64,000 nt of DNA, taken from the NCBI RefSeq assembly GCF_003018255.1, contig NZ_CP027440.1; one strand, given 5' to 3'. Shown piece by piece: positions 1 through 14,437 of this stretch (positions are counted from its first letter, which is position 1; each line of letters opens with the position of its first letter). The position numbers and the translations under genes are program-made. The notes beneath the pieces are model-generated. The model had not been told where the DNA came from. It was given only the letters and a program-made list of their open reading frames with translations, and did no database searches. This DNA is from Escherichia coli. Lineage in GTDB: Bacteria > Pseudomonadota > Gammaproteobacteria > Enterobacterales > Enterobacteriaceae.

Positions 1-289
1 ACGATTCATTAGTGAATTCTTAAACGAGGCATTTTCAAACAATTATCTTACAGATAAAAAAACCACAGTCGCAATTAAGAATCAGAACAATTCACTACAT
101 AACATTAATTACTAAGCATATACACCTCATTATTTTGCCACTATTAAGTTATTAACAGCACAATCGAGTCTTCCCCTCTGGCAAAATCTTATTCTGCAGA
201 CCTTCAAAACGCCGTCCTGGGGGAGTACATTGTTCTAAGCTGACTTCCACGGCAGGGAGTGGCGATAACAGCAAAAAAGGTCAAGATTC

Positions 290-1507
290 ATGTCCCCCAT
301 TGAAAAATCCAGCAAATTAGAGAATGTCTGTTACGACATCCGTGGTCCGGTGCTGAAAGAAGCAAAACGCCTGGAAGAAGAAGGTAACAAGGTACTGAAA
401 CTGAACATCGGCAACCCTGCCCCGTTCGGTTTTGACGCGCCAGATGAAATCCTCGTTGACGTGATTCGCAACCTGCCTACCGCTCAAGGGTATTGCGATT
501 CCAAAGGGCTTTACTCCGCGCGTAAAGCCATCATGCAGCACTACCAGGCTCGTGGCATGCGTGATGTTACCGTGGAAGATATTTACATCGGAAATGGTGT
601 ATCGGAGCTTATCGTTCAGGCAATGCAGGCATTGCTGAACAGCGGCGACGAAATGTTGGTTCCTGCACCTGATTACCCACTATGGACCGCGGCGGTTTCG
701 CTCTCCAGCGGTAAAGCGGTGCATTATCTTTGCGATGAATCCTCTGACTGGTTCCCGGACCTTGATGATATTCGCGCTAAAATTACGCCTCGTACGCGTG
801 GGATCGTTATTATCAACCCAAATAACCCAACCGGCGCGGTATATTCCAAAGAGCTTTTAATGGAGATAGTGGAGATTGCACGTCAGCATAATCTCATTAT
901 CTTCGCCGATGAAATTTATGACAAAATTCTCTACGACGACGCTGAGCATCACTCAATTGCGCCGCTGGCACCTGATCTGCTGACCATTACCTTTAACGGC
1001 CTGTCGAAAACATACCGCGTTGCAGGCTTCCGTCAGGGGTGGATGGTGTTGAACGGGCCGAAAAAACACGCCAAAGGCTACATCGAAGGTCTGGAAATGC
1101 TGGCTTCAATGCGCCTGTGTGCTAACGTTCCTGCGCAACACGCCATTCAGACCGCGCTGGGCGGTTATCAGAGCATCAGTGAATTTATTACCCCTGGCGG
1201 TCGTCTTTATGAGCAGCGTAACCGCGCATGGGAATTGATCAATGATATTCCGGGCGTTTCCTGCGTGAAACCTCGTGGTGCGCTGTACATGTTCCCGAAA
1301 ATCGACGCCAAACGCTTTAATATTCACGACGATCAGAAAATGGTGCTGGATTTCCTGTTGCAGGAAAAAGTTCTGTTGGTGCAAGGGACGGCATTCAACT
1401 GGCCGTGGCCGGATCACTTCCGCATTGTCACGCTACCGCGTGTCGATGATATCGAGCTGTCTTTGAGCAAGTTCGCGCGTTTCCTTTCTGGTTATCATCA
1501 GCTGTAA
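290..1507 (+). CDS. alaA: Glutamate-pyruvate aminotransferase AlaA (PLP-dependent class I aminotransferase)
   Basis: 405-aa ORF; translation recognised as AlaA/YfbQ; K-12 synteny (upstream of yfbR). Confidence 0.93.
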   Translation: MSPIEKSSKLENVCYDIRGPVLKEAKRLEEEGNKVLKLNIGNPAPFGFDAPDEILVDVIRNLPTAQGYCDSKGLYSARKAIMQHYQARGMRDVTVEDIYIGNGVSELIVQAMQALLNSGDEMLVPAPDYPLWTAAVSLSSGKAVHYLCDESSDWFPDLDDIRAKITPRTRGIVIINPNNPTGAVYSKELLMEIVEIARQHNLIIFADEIYDKILYDDAEHHSIAPLAPDLLTITFNGLSKTYRVAGFRQGWMVLNGPKKHAKGYIEGLEMLASMRLCANVPAQHAIQTALGGYQSISEFITPGGRLYEQRNRAWELINDIPGVSCVKPRGALYMFPKIDAKRFNIHDDQKMVLDFLLQEKVLLVQGTAFNWPWPDHFRIVTLPRVDDIELSLSKFARFLSGYHQL

Positions 1508-1590
1508 TCTTAATTTCACTGCCGGAGATTGCATCCGGCAGTGTTATCCCGCCACAATGACCTGATGATGTCATCATACGTAAGGTCACT

Positions 1591-2190
1591 ATGAAACAGA
1601 GCCATTTTTTTGCCCATCTCTCCCGCCTGAAACTCATTAACCGCTGGCCGCTAATGCGCAATGTGCGGACGGAAAATGTGTCCGAACACAGTTTGCAGGT
1701 AGCGATGGTCGCCCATGCGCTGGCAGCTATCAAAAATCGTAAATTTGGCGGTAATGTCAACGCCGAACGTATCGCTTTACTGGCGATGTACCACGATGCC
1801 TCAGAAGTGCTTACCGGCGATCTCCCTACCCCGGTGAAATACTTCAATTCGCAAATCGCTCAGGAATACAAGGCGATTGAAAAAATCGCTCAGCAAAAAC
1901 TGGTCGATATGGTTCCGGAAGAGTTGCGGGATATCTTTGCGCCGTTAATTGACGAGCATGCATATAGTGATGAAGAAAAATCACTGGTGAAACAGGCAGA
2001 TGCACTATGTGCATATCTGAAATGTCTGGAAGAACTCGCGGCGGGAAATAATGAATTCTTGCTGGCAAAAACGCGACTGGAAGCGACGCTTGAAGCGCGC
2101 CGCAGCCAGGAGATGGACTACTTCATGGAAGTCTTTGTTCCCAGCTTCCATCTTTCGCTCGATGAGATTAGCCAGGATTCACCGCTGTAA
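1591..2190 (+). CDS. yfbR: HD-domain 5'-deoxynucleotidase YfbR
   Basis: 199-aa ORF; HD motif context (..[16 protein letters not shown]..); synteny. Confidence 0.9.
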
Positions 2191-2198
2191 GCAGCCGG

Positions 2199-2245
2199 AG
2201 TCTGCGTCGCATCAGGCAATAAGCGCCGGATGCGACATCAGGCTC
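2199..2245. repeat. REP-like palindromic hairpin between convergent yfbR and yfbS
   Basis: gcgtcgcatcaggc ... gccggatgcgacatcaggc inverted repeat read in sequence. Confidence 0.5.
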
Positions 2246-2248
2246 TTG

Positions 2249-4081
2249 TCAAAACGGAAACAGCATCGGGATCATCACCACACAAACCGCCATCACGATA
2301 ATGGTGAACGGTACCCCCAACTTCACAAAGTCACTGAAGCTGTAATTTCCCGGACCTAAAACCAGTGTGTTAACAGGTGAAGAAACCGGCGTCATAAAGG
2401 CGGCGGATGCTGCCATCGCCACGACCATCGCGAATGGGTAAGGCGACACCCCCATCGTTTTAGCAGCAGCCAGCGCAATCGGAGCCATCAACACCGCCGT
2501 CGCGGTATTAGAAATAAATAGCCCAATAACCGCCGACAAGACAAACAAACAACCCAGCATCATATGTGGCCCGTAACCGCCGCCAATGTCCATCAGCCCT
2601 TTCACCGCCAGCGCAACACCTCCCGTTTTCTGTAATGCCACAGCAAACGGCATCATCCCAACGATCAAAATAATGCTCGGCCAGTGTATGGATTTATAGG
2701 CGCTTTCAGCATCGATACAGCGGAATTTCCCCATCAGCAGGCAGGCGATGATAGCGGCAACAGGATTAGGAATTTCATCGGTCAGCATTAACGCCACCAT
2801 TAGCACCAGACAGAAAATGGCATGGGGTGCCTGACTGTGCGCGGGCGATGCTTCACTCACCTCTTCCGGTAAGTTCAGCGCTACGAAGTCGCGGCCCTGT
2901 TTGGCCAGCATACCGATCAGTTTCCAGTTACCCACAACCAGGATGATATCGCCCAGCAGCAGAGGCTCATCCGCCAGCGAACCTTCCAGCGCCACGCCAT
3001 TGCGCTTTAGCCCCACTACATTCAATCCGTAGCGGGTACGAAAACCAATTTCGCGCACCGATTTACCAATAAGTTCTGACTCAGGAATTAATGAAATCTC
3101 TGCCATGCCCACATCAAGGGCCTGGTCAGAAAAATACTCGCCGCGCAGTACCATCGGCTCCAGCAATTGCTCACTACAAAATTGCCGGAGATCGACATCA
3201 GCCGCAGACATATCAATAAGCAAAACGTCACGCGCGCGAAATTCAGAAACCCCATTAACGTTCACGATAACGCGACGAAAACGCCGCCAGCGTTCAACAC
3301 CGATGACGTTAGCACCATAACGTTCACGTAATTTGAGATCGTCCAGTCGTTGACCAATCATTGGCGATCCGGGGCGAATAGCCAGACGTCGCGCACGCCC
3401 GGTCAGTCGATATTCACGGATAAGATCGCGAAAGGTTCGGCGCGTCCAGCCTTCGCGTTGTGGGGTCTGGGTATCCCCTTTCAGCATGAAACGCATCACT
3501 AACATATACAAAATACCCAGCACCAGCACGACCAGGCCAATAGGTGTTACGCTAAAGAAACTGAAGCCGTGATAGCCTTCACGCAGCAATTCACTGTTGA
3601 CTACCAGGTTCGGCGGCGTCGCCACCAGCGTCATCATGCCGCTTATCAGCCCGGCAAAACTTAACGGCATCATCAGACGCGACGGCGACGTTTGCATACG
3701 CATGGCAACGCTTAACACCACGGGAATAAAGATAGCGACAACGCCGGTTGAACTCATAAACGCGCCAAGCCCCGCGACGGTCAGCATCAACAAAACCAAC
3801 ATTTTGATTTCACTGTTGCCCGCCACTTTGACCAGCCATGTCCCCATTACAGTGGCAACACCGGTACGGACCAAACCATCGCCAATAATGAACAAGGCGG
3901 CAATCAGGACAACGTTAGGATCGGAAAAGCCGGAAAATACTTCGGGGACCGTCAGCGTTCCGCTTAATGCAAACGCGACAATAACAAACAAAGCGACCGC
4001 ATCCATACGCACTCTGCCCGTCGCAAACAAGACGATGGCAACGGCCAGTAATGAAAGAACCCAAATCAATTCACCGTTCAC
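2249..4081 (-). CDS. yfbS: Putative transporter YfbS
   Basis: 610-aa ORF, many hydrophobic segments with a central soluble region; recognised as YfbS; synteny. Confidence 0.88.
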
Positions 4082-4123
4082 AACTTATCCTTGTTAATTG
4101 AGGGGGATAACTTGATTCTGCCA

Positions 4124-4148
4124 TAAAAAAGCCCCGACGAGACGGGGC
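4124..4148 (-). terminator. Rho-independent terminator downstream of yfbT
   Basis: GC hairpin gccccgacgagacggggc; on minus strand followed by T-run. Confidence 0.75.
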
Positions 4149-4167
4149 TAAATCATGATCAGGTGTT

Positions 4168-4818
4168 TCACTGAATAATAACATCGCCATTTGGCTGTTT
4201 GGTCACAGTAATTTGCTCCAGACTGTGGAGGACCAAATCGACCTCATTCAGGCGCGGGGTATCTGCCGGAGCGTTAACCGCAATGACATGGCAACCCGCC
4301 GCCAGGCCAGAAAGCACGCCAGCGGGAGCATCTTCCACCACTACACACTCCTGCGGCGCAAGCCCCAGCAGCTGCGCGCCTAGCAGATACGCATCAGGTT
4401 CTGGTTTTCCGCGCTTCACTCGCTCAGCGGTCACAAACACCTCTGGCGCGGGAAGCCCAGCTATTTTATGGCGCGCTCGCGCTACCGGCATGGAGCCAGA
4501 AGTCACAATGGCCCACGGAATACCTGCTTTATTCAAATGATTGAGTAAGGCGATTGCCCCCGGAAGTGCGGTAATACCCTCGGTTTCCGTGGCCTCGATT
4601 TGCTCCAGACGCGTAAACTCGGCGGCAATATCAGCCTCGGATTTGCCCGCCATAAAATGGCGCAAAGAGGTGATCGCCTGTTTACCGTGAATAAAAGCCA
4701 GCACCTCTTCCGGCGCTAACCCATGACGTCTGGCCCAGTTGCTCCACGCCCGTTCTACCGCAGGCAGGGAATCCACCAGCGTTCCATCAAGATCAAACAG
4801 AAAACCTTTGCACCGCAC
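4168..4818 (-). CDS. yfbT: HAD-family sugar-phosphate phosphatase YfbT
   Basis: 216-aa ORF; HAD motif FDLDGTLVDS at N-terminus. Confidence 0.9.
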   Translation of the reverse strand: MRCKGFLFDLDGTLVDSLPAVERAWSNWARRHGLAPEEVLAFIHGKQAITSLRHFMAGKSEADIAAEFTRLEQIEATETEGITALPGAIALLNHLNKAGIPWAIVTSGSMPVARARHKIAGLPAPEVFVTAERVKRGKPEPDAYLLGAQLLGLAPQECVVVEDAPAGVLSGLAAGCHVIAVNAPADTPRLNEVDLVLHSLEQITVTKQPNGDVIIQ

Positions 4819-4828
4819 GCGGGCCTCC

Positions 4829-5386
<558 letters not shown>

Positions 5387-5406
5387 TATGCGTAATCAGG
5401 GGTCAA

Positions 5407-5862
5407 TTACAAATCATCAAGGAAAGTTTTATCCAGTTGTTTGAAGGCGCGCTTAAGCGTGTCAGCTAATGCCTGGTAATCAGGCTTGCCTTCAACGGGT
5501 GCCAACACCTGTCCAGACTCCTGCAATTTACCGCGAACTTCATAAAACCAGTTAAGGATTGCAGGGGGTAATGGCGTTACAGAACGTTTGCCCAGCCACC
5601 ACAATCCCTGCATGGGTAAACTTAAGGCGAACAGCGCAGTGGCAACTGCCGGCCCAAGCTGACCGCCCAGGGCAATCTGCCAGCAGAGAGTAAATACGGC
5701 GATCGGCGGCATAAAACGGATCGCATAACGCGTCATCTTGATAACGCGATTTTCGACAAAGACCGGGGCAAGGCGTTTTTCCAGCGGCCACGTCTTTGAG
5801 TAATGCTGTCCCCGGCGAAACAAGCTAAAAAAATTAACAGAACGATTATCCGGCGTTGACAT
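5407..5862 (-). CDS. yfbV: Inner-membrane protein YfbV
   Basis: 151-aa ORF; divergent from ackA as in K-12. Confidence 0.88.
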
Positions 5863-6199
5863 GCTTCACCTCAACTTCACATATAAAGATTCAAAAATTT
5901 GTGCAAATTCACAACTCAGCGGGACAACGTTCAAAACATTTTGTCTTCCATACCCACTATCAGGTATCCTTTAGCAGCCTGAAGGCCTAAGTAGTACATA
6001 TTCATTGAGTCGTCAAATTCATATACATTATGCCATTGGCTGAAAATTACGCAAAATGGCATAGACTCAAGATATTTCTTCCATCATGCAAAAAAAATTT
6101 GCAGTGCATGATGTTAATCATAAATGTCGGTGTCATCATGCGCTACGCTCTATGGCTCCCTGACGTTTTTTTAGCCACGTATCAATTATAGGTACTTCC

Positions 6200-7402
6200 A
6201 TGTCGAGTAAGTTAGTACTGGTTCTGAACTGCGGTAGTTCTTCACTGAAATTTGCCATCATCGATGCAGTAAATGGTGAAGAGTACCTTTCTGGTTTAGC
6301 CGAATGTTTCCACCTGCCCGAAGCACGTATCAAATGGAAAATGGACGGCAATAAACAGGAAGCGGCTTTAGGTGCAGGCGCCGCTCACAGCGAAGCGCTC
6401 AACTTTATCGTTAATACTATTCTGGCACAAAAACCAGAACTGTCTGCGCAGCTGACTGCTATCGGTCACCGTATCGTACACGGCGGCGAAAAGTATACCA
6501 GCTCCGTAGTGATCGATGAGTCTGTTATTCAGGGTATCAAAGATGCAGCTTCTTTTGCACCGCTGCACAACCCGGCTCACCTGATCGGTATCGAAGAAGC
6601 TCTGAAATCTTTCCCACAGCTGAAAGACAAAAACGTTGCTGTATTTGACACCGCGTTCCACCAGACTATGCCGGAAGAGTCTTACCTCTACGCCCTGCCG
6701 TACAACCTGTACAAAGAGCACGGCATCCGTCGTTACGGCGCGCACGGCACCAGCCACTTCTATGTAACCCAGGAAGCGGCAAAAATGCTGAACAAACCGG
6801 TAGAAGAACTGAACATCATCACCTGCCACCTGGGCAACGGTGGTTCCGTTTCTGCTATCCGCAACGGTAAATGCGTTGACACCTCTATGGGCCTGACCCC
6901 GCTGGAAGGTCTGGTCATGGGTACCCGTTCTGGTGATATCGATCCGGCGATCATCTTCCACCTGCACGACACCCTGGGCATGAGCGTTGACGCAATCAAC
7001 AAACTGCTGACCAAAGAGTCTGGCCTGCTGGGTCTGACCGAAGTGACCAGCGACTGCCGCTATGTTGAAGACAACTACGCGACGAAAGAAGACGCGAAGC
7101 GCGCAATGGACGTTTACTGCCACCGCCTGGCGAAATACATCGGTGCCTACACTGCGCTGATGGATGGTCGTCTGGACGCTGTTGTATTCACCGGTGGTAT
7201 CGGTGAAAATGCCGCGATGGTTCGTGAACTGTCTCTGGGCAAACTGGGCGTGCTGGGCTTTGAAGTTGATCATGAACGCAACCTGGCTGCACGTTTCGGC
7301 AAATCTGGTTTCATCAACAAAGAAGGTACCCGTCCTGCGGTGGTTATCCCAACCAACGAAGAACTGGTTATCGCGCAAGACGCGAGCCGCCTGACAGCCT
7401 GA
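6200..7402 (+). CDS. ackA: Acetate kinase
   Basis: 400-aa ORF; N-terminus [22 protein letters not shown]; followed by pta. Confidence 0.97.
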   Translation: MSSKLVLVLNCGSSSLKFAIIDAVNGEEYLSGLAECFHLPEARIKWKMDGNKQEAALGAGAAHSEALNFIVNTILAQKPELSAQLTAIGHRIVHGGEKYTSSVVIDESVIQGIKDAASFAPLHNPAHLIGIEEALKSFPQLKDKNVAVFDTAFHQTMPEESYLYALPYNLYKEHGIRRYGAHGTSHFYVTQEAAKMLNKPVEELNIITCHLGNGGSVSAIRNGKCVDTSMGLTPLEGLVMGTRSGDIDPAIIFHLHDTLGMSVDAINKLLTKESGLLGLTEVTSDCRYVEDNYATKEDAKRAMDVYCHRLAKYIGAYTALMDGRLDAVVFTGGIGENAAMVRELSLGKLGVLGFEVDHERNLAARFGKSGFINKEGTRPAVVIPTNEELVIAQDASRLTA

Positions 7403-7476
7403 TTTCACACCGCCAGCTCAGCTGGCGGTGCTGTTTTGTAACCCGCCAAATCGGCGGTAACGAAAGAGGATAAACC

Positions 7477-9621
7477 GTGTCCCGTATTATTATGCTGATC
7501 CCTACCGGAACCAGCGTCGGTCTGACCAGCGTCAGCCTTGGCGTGATCCGTGCAATGGAACGCAAAGGCGTTCGTCTGAGCGTTTTCAAACCTATCGCTC
7601 AGCCGCGTACCGGTGGCGATGCGCCCGATCAGACTACGACTATCGTACGTGCGAACTCTTCCACTACGACGGCCGCTGAACCGCTGAAAATGAGCTACGT
7701 TGAAGGTCTGCTTTCCAGCAATCAGAAAGATGTGCTGATGGAAGAGATCGTCGCAAACTACCACGCTAACACCAAAGACGCTGAAGTCGTTCTGGTTGAA
7801 GGTCTGGTCCCGACACGTAAGCACCAGTTTGCCCAGTCTCTGAACTACGAAATCGCTAAAACGCTGAATGCGGAAATCGTCTTCGTTATGTCTCAGGGCA
7901 CTGACACCCCGGAACAGCTGAAAGAGCGTATCGAACTGACCCGCAACAGCTTCGGCGGTGCCAAAAACACCAACATCACCGGCGTTATCGTTAACAAACT
8001 GAATGCACCGGTTGATGAACAGGGCCGTACTCGCCCGGATCTGTCCGAGATTTTCGACGACTCTTCCAAAGCTAAAGTAAACAATGTTGATCCGGCGAAG
8101 CTGCAAGAATCCAGCCCGCTGCCGGTTCTCGGCGCAGTGCCGTGGAGCTTTGACCTGATCGCGACTCGTGCGATCGATATGGCTCGCCACCTGAATGCGA
8201 CCATCATCAACGAAGGCGACATCAATACTCGCCGCGTTAAATCCGTCACTTTCTGCGCACGCAGCATTCCGCACATGCTGGAGCACTTCCGTGCCGGTTC
8301 TCTGCTGGTGACTTCCGCAGACCGTCCTGACGTGCTGGTTGCCGCGTGCCTGGCTGCCATGAACGGCGTAGAAATCGGTGCCCTGCTGCTGACTGGCGGC
8401 TACGAAATGGACGCGCGCATTTCTAAACTGTGCGAACGTGCTTTCGCTACCGGCCTGCCGGTATTTATGGTGAACACCAACACCTGGCAGACTTCTCTGA
8501 GCCTGCAGAGCTTCAACCTGGAAGTTCCGGTTGACGATCACGAGCGTATCGAGAAAGTTCAGGAATACGTTGCTAACTACATCAACGCTGACTGGATCGA
8601 TTCTCTGACGGCCACTTCTGAGCGCAGCCGTCGTCTGTCTCCGCCAGCGTTCCGTTATCAGCTGACTGAACTTGCGCGCAAAGCGGGCAAACGTATCGTT
8701 CTGCCGGAAGGTGACGAACCGCGTACCGTTAAGGCAGCCGCTATCTGTGCTGAACGTGGTATCGCAACTTGCGTACTGCTGGGTAATCCGGCAGAGATCA
8801 ACCGTGTTGCAGCGTCTCAGGGTGTAGAACTGGGTGCAGGCATTGAAATCGTTGATCCAGAAGTGGTTCGCGAAAGCTATGTTGGTCGTCTGGTCGAGCT
8901 GCGTAAGAACAAAGGCATGACCGAAACCGTTGCCCGCGAACAGCTGGAAGATAACGTGGTTCTCGGTACGCTGATGCTGGAACAGGATGAAGTTGATGGT
9001 CTGGTTTCCGGTGCTGTTCACACTACCGCAAACACCATCCGTCCGCCGCTGCAGCTGATCAAAACTGCACCGGGCAGCTCCCTGGTATCTTCCGTGTTCT
9101 TCATGCTGCTGCCGGAACAGGTTTACGTTTACGGTGACTGTGCGATCAACCCGGATCCGACCGCAGAACAGCTGGCAGAAATCGCGATTCAGTCCGCAGA
9201 TTCCGCTGCGGCCTTCGGTATCGAACCGCGCGTTGCTATGCTCTCCTACTCCACCGGGACTTCTGGTGCTGGTAGCGACGTAGAAAAAGTTCGCGAAGCA
9301 ACTCGTCTGGCGCAGGAAAAACGTCCTGACCTGATGATCGACGGTCCGCTGCAGTACGACGCTGCGGTAATGGCTGACGTTGCGAAATCCAAAGCACCGA
9401 ACTCTCCGGTTGCAGGTCGCGCTACCGTGTTCATCTTCCCGGATCTGAACACCGGTAACACCACCTACAAAGCGGTACAGCGTTCTGCTGACCTGATCTC
9501 TATCGGACCGATGCTGCAGGGTATGCGCAAGCCGGTTAACGACCTGTCCCGTGGCGCACTGGTTGACGATATCGTCTACACCATCGCGCTGACTGCGATT
9601 CAGTCTGCACAGCAGCAGTAA
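7477..9621 (+). CDS. pta: Phosphate acetyltransferase
   Basis: 714-aa ORF; recognised Pta; ackA-pta operon. Confidence 0.97.
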   Translation: MSRIIMLIPTGTSVGLTSVSLGVIRAMERKGVRLSVFKPIAQPRTGGDAPDQTTTIVRANSSTTTAAEPLKMSYVEGLLSSNQKDVLMEEIVANYHANTKDAEVVLVEGLVPTRKHQFAQSLNYEIAKTLNAEIVFVMSQGTDTPEQLKERIELTRNSFGGAKNTNITGVIVNKLNAPVDEQGRTRPDLSEIFDDSSKAKVNNVDPAKLQESSPLPVLGAVPWSFDLIATRAIDMARHLNATIINEGDINTRRVKSVTFCARSIPHMLEHFRAGSLLVTSADRPDVLVAACLAAMNGVEIGALLLTGGYEMDARISKLCERAFATGLPVFMVNTNTWQTSLSLQSFNLEVPVDDHERIEKVQEYVANYINADWIDSLTATSERSRRLSPPAFRYQLTELARKAGKRIVLPEGDEPRTVKAAAICAERGIATCVLLGNPAEINRVAASQGVELGAGIEIVDPEVVRESYVGRLVELRKNKGMTETVAREQLEDNVVLGTLMLEQDEVDGLVSGAVHTTANTIRPPLQLIKTAPGSSLVSSVFFMLLPEQVYVYGDCAINPDPTAEQLAEIAIQSADSAAAFGIEPRVAMLSYSTGTSGAGSDVEKVREATRLAQEKRPDLMIDGPLQYDAAVMADVAKSKAPNSPVAGRATVFIFPDLNTGNTTYKAVQRSADLISIGPMLQGMRKPVNDLSRGALVDDIVYTIALTAIQSAQQQ

Positions 9622-9661
9622 TCTCGTCATCATCCGCAGCTTTACGCTGCGGATATCTGAA

Positions 9662-9690
9662 CCGGAAATAGTCACTATTTCCGGTTTTTT
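9662..9690 (+). terminator. Rho-independent terminator of ackA-pta
   Basis: hairpin ccggaaatagtcactatttccgg followed by tttttt. Confidence 0.85.
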
Positions 9691-9810
9691 ATTCTCTTAA
9701 TTTGCATTAATCCTTTCTGATTATCTTGCTTAACTGCGCTGCATCAATGAATTGCGCCATCTCAATTTGCATACTTACCACTTTGTTTTGTGCAAGGGAA
9801 TATTTGCGCT

Positions 9811-11331
9811 ATGTCCGCAATCACTGAATCTAAACCAACAAGAAGATGGGCAATGCCCGATACGTTGGTGATTATCTTTTTTGTTGCCATTTTAACCAGC
9901 CTTGCCACCTGGGTAGTTCCGGTGGGCATGTTTGACAGTCAGGAAGTGCAGTATCAGGTTGATGGTCAAACAAAAACACGCAAAGTCGTAGATCCACACT
10001 CATTTCGCATTCTGACTAACGAAGCAGGCGAACCTGAGTATCACCGCGTACAGCTGTTCACGACGGGCGATGAACGCCCGGGTCTGATGAACTTCCCGTT
10101 TGAAGGGTTAACCTCAGGATCGAAATACGGGACAGCCGTTGGCATCATCATGTTTATGCTGGTGATTGGCGGCGCGTTTGGCATTGTGATGCGTACAGGA
10201 ACCATTGATAACGGTATCCTGGCGCTTATTCGCCATACCCGCGGAAATGAAATTCTCTTTATTCCTGCGCTCTTTATTCTGTTTTCACTTGGCGGCGCGG
10301 TATTTGGTATGGGAGAAGAGGCCGTCGCCTTTGCCATTATCATCGCACCGCTAATGGTCCGGCTGGGCTATGACAGTATTACCACCGTCCTGGTGACCTA
10401 TATCGCCACGCAAATCGGTTTTGCCAGTTCGTGGATGAACCCGTTTTGTGTGGTTGTTGCTCAGGGGATTGCCGGCGTTCCGGTGCTTTCTGGCTCCGGG
10501 TTGCGCATCGTGGTGTGGGTTATCGCCACTCTGATTGGCCTGATCTTTACCATGGTGTACGCCTCACGAGTGAAAAAGAATCCTCTTCTGTCACGCGTGC
10601 ATGAGTCCGACCGCTTCTTTCGTGAAAAGCAGGCGGATGTTGAACAACGTCCGTTTACCTTTGGTGACTGGCTGGTATTGATTGTCCTGACCGCCGTAAT
10701 GGTCTGGGTGATTTGGGGCGTGATCGTTAATGCCTGGTTTATTCCAGAAATTGCCAGCCAGTTCTTCACCATGGGTCTGGTGATTGGCATCATCGGCGTT
10801 GTTTTCCGCCTTAACGGCATGACGGTTAATACCATGGCTTCATCCTTTACCGAAGGGGCGCGAATGATGATCGCCCCTGCCCTCCTGGTGGGTTTCGCCA
10901 AAGGGATTTTGCTGCTGGTCGGTAATGGTGAAGCGGGTGATGCCAGCGTGTTAAATACCATCCTCAACAGCATTGCCAATGCCATTAGCGGTCTGGATAA
11001 CGCGGTCGCGGCCTGGTTTATGTTGCTCTTCCAGGCGGTATTTAATTTCTTCGTGACATCTGGTTCTGGTCAGGCGGCGTTAACCATGCCGTTACTGGCA
11101 CCGCTTGGCGATCTGGTCGGTGTAAACCGTCAGGTTACCGTTCTGGCGTTCCAGTTTGGTGATGGCTTCAGCCACATCATTTACCCGACCTCAGCTTCGT
11201 TAATGGCAACGCTCGGTGTTTGCCGGGTGGACTTCCGTAACTGGCTGAAGGTGGGCGCGACACTGCTTGGACTGCTGTTTATTATGTCCAGCGTCGTGGT
11301 GATCGGCGCTCAGTTGATGGGCTACCACTAA
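9811..11331 (+). CDS. yfcC: Putative C4-dicarboxylate-type transporter-family membrane protein YfcC
   Basis: ORF track 513 aa from upstream ATG; likely start MSAITESKP (506 aa). Confidence 0.88.
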   Translation: MSAITESKPTRRWAMPDTLVIIFFVAILTSLATWVVPVGMFDSQEVQYQVDGQTKTRKVVDPHSFRILTNEAGEPEYHRVQLFTTGDERPGLMNFPFEGLTSGSKYGTAVGIIMFMLVIGGAFGIVMRTGTIDNGILALIRHTRGNEILFIPALFILFSLGGAVFGMGEEAVAFAIIIAPLMVRLGYDSITTVLVTYIATQIGFASSWMNPFCVVVAQGIAGVPVLSGSGLRIVVWVIATLIGLIFTMVYASRVKKNPLLSRVHESDRFFREKQADVEQRPFTFGDWLVLIVLTAVMVWVIWGVIVNAWFIPEIASQFFTMGLVIGIIGVVFRLNGMTVNTMASSFTEGARMMIAPALLVGFAKGILLLVGNGEAGDASVLNTILNSIANAISGLDNAVAAWFMLLFQAVFNFFVTSGSGQAALTMPLLAPLGDLVGVNRQVTVLAFQFGDGFSHIIYPTSASLMATLGVCRVDFRNWLKVGATLLGLLFIMSSVVVIGAQLMGYH

Positions 11332-11338
11332 AAATGTT

Positions 11339-11366
11339 AAGAGCCGCAATTGCGGCTCTTTTTTCA
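11339..11366. terminator. Bidirectional terminator between yfcC and yfcD
   Basis: hairpin agagccgcaattgcggctct + tttttt; overlaps yfcD stop codon. Confidence 0.7.
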
Positions 11367-11906
11367 TTCTGCCGTTTCAGTCTCTACGGCTTCATTTTTG
11401 GCATTGCGCTTCATCCACAACGCCAGCGCTTTCAGCGAGTCTGGAGTGAACTCATCGCAGCGTGCGGTGATTTCTTCCGGCGTCAGCCAGCAAACTTCGC
11501 TGACTTCATCTTCCTGTAGGGCGAAGGGACCGTGAGAGACGCAGCTGAACAACGCGCCCCAGACACGGCAATTTTTATCTTCGAAATAGAACTGCCCGTG
11601 CTCGGCAAAGGGGACACCGGCAATGCCCAACTCTTCTTCCGCTTCGCGACGCGCGGATTCCAGCAGTTGCTCATCGGCCTGGACTACACCGCCTGCGGTC
11701 GCATCTAACATGCCGGGTAAAAAGTCTTTTGTCTCGGTACGACGCTGGACCAGAATTTTGCCCATGCCATCATGCACGACGATGTAAGTTGCACGATGAC
11801 GCAGACACTGTGCCCGCATTTGTTCCCGGCTGGCTTGTGCAATGACTTCGTTCTCTTCATTGACAATATCCACCCATTCAGTACTTGCCAAACGACGCTG
11901 TTCCAT
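11364..11906 (-). CDS. yfcD: NUDIX hydrolase YfcD
   Basis: 180-aa ORF; Nudix box-like REAEEELGI. Confidence 0.88.
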
Positions 11907-11963
11907 TATCAGGAAACCTTCTTTTTCTGGCGCTCTTACGGCGCATTTTGAGTTGTGGGTAAA

Positions 11964-12518
11964 TTACGGATTAATCGCGACCTGCGCAATGATACTTTGA
12001 TCATTGAGTGCGATTACACTAAGTACGTCATTATCCAGCATGCCATAACTCGCCGGATTACCGCCTTTAGGAATACTCACCGAGCCGGGGTTGAAGTGGA
12101 AAATCTCCCCCCGCTGTTCTGCCACTGGCAGATGGGTATGACCGTACACCAGCACATCGTTCTGGTTTAAAGCAGGTAGGTTTTCCGGGCCAAACAGATG
12201 ACCATGCGTCAAAAACAGACGTTGTTTTTCCAGTAATACCTGTTGCCACGGCGCGGTTATCGGGAAATGCAAAAGCATTTGATCCACTTCGCTGTCGCAA
12301 TTGCCGCGCACAGCGATAACCTTATGTGCCACTTCATTAAGCCGTTCAGCGACTTTGGCTGGCGCGTAACCCTCCGGTAAAGCATTACGCGGGCCGTGAT
12401 TCAACACGTCGCCAAGGATCACCAGCCACTGGGCACCACTTTGGGCAAACAACTCCAGAACACGTTCCGTCGCCGGTAACGACCCATGAATGTCCGATGC
12501 AAACATCAGTTTCATCAC
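11964..12518 (-). CDS. yfcE: Metallophosphoesterase (phosphodiesterase) YfcE
   Basis: 184-aa ORF; MKLMFASDIHGS and GDVLNHGPRN calcineurin-like motifs. Confidence 0.9.
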   Translation of the reverse strand: MMKLMFASDIHGSLPATERVLELFAQSGAQWLVILGDVLNHGPRNALPEGYAPAKVAERLNEVAHKVIAVRGNCDSEVDQMLLHFPITAPWQQVLLEKQRLFLTHGHLFGPENLPALNQNDVLVYGHTHLPVAEQRGEIFHFNPGSVSIPKGGNPASYGMLDNDVLSVIALNDQSIIAQVAINP

Positions 12519-12521
12519 TCA

Positions 12522-13998
<1,477 letters not shown>

Positions 13999-14054
13999 CA
14001 GAAACAGGTTCTCGTGTATTATTTCATCCTAAGTAAAACAACGGAGAACCTGCA

Positions 14055-14417
14055 ATGGCACAACCTGCCGCTATTATTCGTATAAAGAACCTTCGTTTAC
14101 GTACGTTTATCGGAATTAAGGAAGAAGAAATTAACAACCGTCAGGATATTGTTATCAATGTGACTATCCACTACCCCGCCGATAAAGCGCGCACCAGCGA
14201 AGATATCAACGATGCGCTGAATTATCGCACCGTGACGAAAAACATTATTCAGCATGTAGAGAATAACCGTTTCTCTTTGCTGGAAAAATTAACTCAGGAT
14301 GTGCTCGATATCGCACGTGAACATCACTGGGTGACGTATGCTGAAGTGGAGATCGATAAACTGCACGCGCTGCGCTACGCCGATTCGGTATCCATGACCT
14401 TAAGCTGGCAGCGTTAA
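14055..14417 (+). CDS. folX: Dihydroneopterin triphosphate 2'-epimerase
   Basis: 120-aa ORF; FolB/FolX fold family; synteny. Confidence 0.9.
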
Positions 14418-14437
14418 CCGCCATATCGGGAGGCTGC

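Noticed and set aside
1520-1540. Hairpin tgccggagattgcatccggca after alaA as a terminator
   Set aside because: No T-run follows; alaA may be co-transcribed with yfbR, so not called.
6368-7408. 346-aa ORF on the minus strand
   Set aside because: Antisense to ackA; same reasoning.
7405-9675. 756-aa ORF on the minus strand
   Set aside because: Fully antisense to pta, which is unambiguous; long antisense frames are common opposite highly expressed, codon-biased genes. No independent start context.
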